Positions 61,763 to 64,000 of a DNA stretch of 64,000 nt are shown here, one piece after another (position 1 is the first letter of the stretch; each line of letters starts with the position of its first letter). The stretch covers positions 682,001-746,000 of the forward strand of contig NZ_JABEMC010000001.1 of NCBI RefSeq assembly GCF_013004595.1, written 5' to 3'. The position numbers and the translations under genes are program-made. The DNA comes from Brevibacterium luteolum. Lineage in GTDB: Bacteria > Actinomycetota > Actinomycetes > Actinomycetales > Brevibacteriaceae. Under the pieces are notes generated by a model. The model searched no databases. It saw nothing but the letters and a program-made list of their open reading frames with translations, and had not been told where the DNA came from.

Positions 61763-61771
61763 AACCCCTCC

Positions 61772-61808
61772 TGAATAAAGTTTGATGATGCGGTATGATT
61801 ATGCATAT
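61772..61808 (+). promoter_or_regulatory. ARG-box pair and leaderless promoter of argC
   Basis: TGAATAAAGTT...TTATGCATAT resemble ArgR half-sites (TGMAT-N-ATKCA). TATGAT at 61794-61799 is followed by N7 and the ATG. Confidence 0.7.
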
Positions 61809-62886
61809 GTCGCGAATGTCAGTCGCAGTCTCAGGCGCCACCGGCTACGCCGGCGGTGAGGTCCTCAGGCTGCTGAGCAGTCACCCGGAACTTCACGTTA
61901 CAACGGTCTGCGGCCATTCGAGCGCCGGTGACCGGCTGGCGGTCCACCAACCCCATCTGCTCGCCTACGGCGACATGATCGTCAAGCCCTCGACCGCCGA
62001 AGTGCTCGCCGGCCACGACGTCGTTGTCCTCGCCCTGCCGCACGGCGCCTCGGGCGAGATCGCAGCCGCACTCGCCGAGACCTCACGTGAGACCCTCATC
62101 ATCGACCTCGCCGCCGACCACCGCCTCATCAGCCCAGCCGCCTGGGAGGCCTTCTACGGCAGCGATCATCCGGGCACCTGGACCTACGGGCTGCCCGAGA
62201 TGCTGCTGGCCGACGGCACCAAACAGCGCGAGCGCCTGCGCGAGACCCGCCGCATCGCAGTGCCCGGCTGCAACGTCACCGCGGTGACGCTTGGCCTCGG
62301 CCCGCTGCTGCAGGCCGGGCTCATCGAGCCGACCGGGCTGAATGCCGTGCTGGCCAACGGCGTCTCCGGAGCCGGCAAGGCACTCAAACCCCACCTGACG
62401 GCAGCCGAGATCCTCGGCAACGCCTCACCCTACGGCGTTGCCGGCATTCATCGGCATGTGCCCGAGATCGAGCAGAACCTCAACCTCGCCCTCGGCGCCG
62501 ATCCCGCAGAGGGGCCGGTGCGCATCTCCTTCACCCCCACCCTCATTCCCGTCAGCCGCGGCATCCTCGCCACCCTCTCAGCCGTTCCGGCCGGTGGTGC
62601 GCAGCTGACCCGCGAGGCCGTCGCCGAGGTGTATGCCGGCGCGTACGCCGATGAGCCCTTCGTGCACATGCTCGCCGAAGGCACCTGGCCGCAGCTGTCG
62701 GCGGCGACCGGGTCGAATACCGCCCACCTCCAGTTCGGCATCGACGAGCGTGCCGGCCGGATCGTCACCGTCGTCGCCCTCGACAACCTCGTGCGCGGCA
62801 CCGCCGGCCAGGCGCTGCAGTCGGCCCACCTCGCCCTCGGCTTGCCTGAGGCGACCGGGCTGCCGACCGGGGGACTGGCTCCCTGA
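61807..62886 (+). CDS. argC: N-acetyl-gamma-glutamyl-phosphate reductase
   Basis: [43 protein letters not shown] and [11 protein letters not shown]. Confidence 0.97.
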   Translation: MSRMSVAVSGATGYAGGEVLRLLSSHPELHVTTVCGHSSAGDRLAVHQPHLLAYGDMIVKPSTAEVLAGHDVVVLALPHGASGEIAAALAETSRETLIIDLAADHRLISPAAWEAFYGSDHPGTWTYGLPEMLLADGTKQRERLRETRRIAVPGCNVTAVTLGLGPLLQAGLIEPTGLNAVLANGVSGAGKALKPHLTAAEILGNASPYGVAGIHRHVPEIEQNLNLALGADPAEGPVRISFTPTLIPVSRGILATLSAVPAGGAQLTREAVAEVYAGAYADEPFVHMLAEGTWPQLSAATGSNTAHLQFGIDERAGRIVTVVALDNLVRGTAGQALQSAHLALGLPEATGLPTGGLAP

Positions 62887-62941
62887 GGGTGGACGCCCGG
62901 CCAGGCGGTCGTGACTTCCCTCACCATGACACCGCAGGGGA

Positions 62942-62978
62942 TGAATAAAGTTCACTTCTGATGTATTGTTATGCATAT
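62942..62978 (+). promoter_or_regulatory. Second ARG-box pair/promoter upstream of argJ
   Basis: TGAATAAAGTT...GTATTGTTATGCATAT, with the same spacing as the argC site. Confidence 0.7.
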
Positions 62979-63032
62979 TGAAGGGCGGTGGCCGTTGCCA
63001 CCGCCGACTCGTCAGCCGAATGGAGTCGCATC

Positions 63033-64000
63033 ATGAGCGTGACCTACCCGCGCGGCTTCCGCGCCTCAGGCACCACCGCCGGACTCAAGCCCAGCGGCAA
63101 GACCGACCTCGCCGTCGTTGTCAACGACGGCCCTGCCGATGCGGTTGCTGCCGTCTACACCGCCAACCGCTGCAAGGCCAACCCGGTGCTGTGGAGCCAG
63201 CAGGCCTCCGCCGACGGCACCGCACGCGCGGTCGTGCTGAATTCCGGTGGTGCGAACTGCTACACCGGCGACTACGGCTACGAGACCACCGAACTCACCG
63301 CCACCCGCACCGCCGAACTGCTCGGCACCGATGCCAGCGACGTGCTCGTGTGCTCGACTGGGCTCATCGGCGTCGGGGGACCGGAGTTCCGCGAACCGAT
63401 CCTCGACACCCTCCCCGCTGCCCTTGAGGCTGCTGCCGAGACCCCGGAGGCAGGTGCCGCAGCAGCCGAGGCGATCATGACGACCGACACCGTGGCCAAG
63501 ACCGCCACCCGCGAGGGCACCGCCTACCGCATCGGCGGCATGGCCAAGGGTGCGGGCATGCTCGCACCGGGACTGGCGACGATGCTCGTCGTCATCACCA
63601 CCGATGCCGTCGTCGAATCGGGCGACCTCGACATCGCCCTGCGCGCGGCGACCCAGAAGACCTTCGACCGGCTCGACACCGACGGCTGCATGTCGACCAA
63701 CGACACGGTCATCGTCATGAGCTCGGGAGCCTCCGAGCACCAGGCCGACCTCGTCGAATTCACCCGCCTGCTCACCGAGGTGTGCGGCGAGCTCACCGCC
63801 CAGCTGCACACGGACGCAGAGGGCGCCGGCCACGACATCACCATCACCACCCGCGGAGCGTTCTCCGAACAGCAGGCCGTCGACGTCTCCCGCGCAGTCG
63901 CCCGCTCGAACCTCTTCAAGGCCGCAGTGTTCGGCGAGGACCCCAACTGGGGCCGCGTCGTCGCCCAGGTCGGCACCACCGATGCCGAGTTCGACCCGCA
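63033..64000 (+). CDS. argJ: Bifunctional ornithine acetyltransferase (partial, runs off window)
   Basis: MSVTYPRGFRASG, NSGGANCYTG, STGLIG, IMTTDT, GMAKGAGMLAPGLATML, DGCMSTND and DPNWGR. Confidence 0.96.
   Translation, partial: MSVTYPRGFRASGTTAGLKPSGKTDLAVVVNDGPADAVAAVYTANRCKANPVLWSQQASADGTARAVVLNSGGANCYTGDYGYETTELTATRTAELLGTDASDVLVCSTGLIGVGGPEFREPILDTLPAALEAAAETPEAGAAAAEAIMTTDTVAKTATREGTAYRIGGMAKGAGMLAPGLATMLVVITTDAVVESGDLDIALRAATQKTFDRLDTDGCMSTNDTVIVMSSGASEHQADLVEFTRLLTEVCGELTAQLHTDAEGAGHDITITTRGAFSEQQAVDVSRAVARSNLFKAAVFGEDPNWGRVVAQVGTTDAEFDP

Overview
High-GC actinobacterial chromosome segment. Gene order and protein sequences look Micrococcales/Brevibacterium-like, but that taxon is my inference. 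About 1-38.9 kb and 61.8-64 kb are conserved housekeeping backbone: dapA(3')-rnj-ftsK-pgsA-cinA-clgR-recA-recX-miaB-miaA-dapF-hflX-dinG-lexA, a his cluster, udk, furA-katA, abgT plus an M20 amidohydrolase, infC-rpmI-rplT, pheST, and argC-argJ(5'). About 23 kb of accessory DNA separates pheT from argC. Its core (41.7-60.8 kb) is the best candidate for an undescribed system. It has an AT-rich promoter driving two overlapping, divergent AAA-ATPase/LuxR regulators (one with an intact Walker A, one degenerate), then a repeat-rich putative activator box, then an 11-gene Wzx/Wzy polysaccharide operon. That operon has a 4,6-dehydratase, an aminotransferase and a PIG-L de-N-acetylase but no acetyltransferase, and ends in a lipoprotein glycoside hydrolase. 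Other points: panB is frameshifted and runs into a truncated methyltransferase remnant; LexA has an AT-hook-like N-terminal extension; recA has LexA and PafBC-type promoters plus a 17-bp triple repeat; infC has an AUC start with an attenuator-like leader; ARG-box promoters are duplicated; many promoters look leaderless. I saw no rRNA, tRNA, CRISPR array, transposase or integrase. No database searches were run, so all family calls come from motif recognition.
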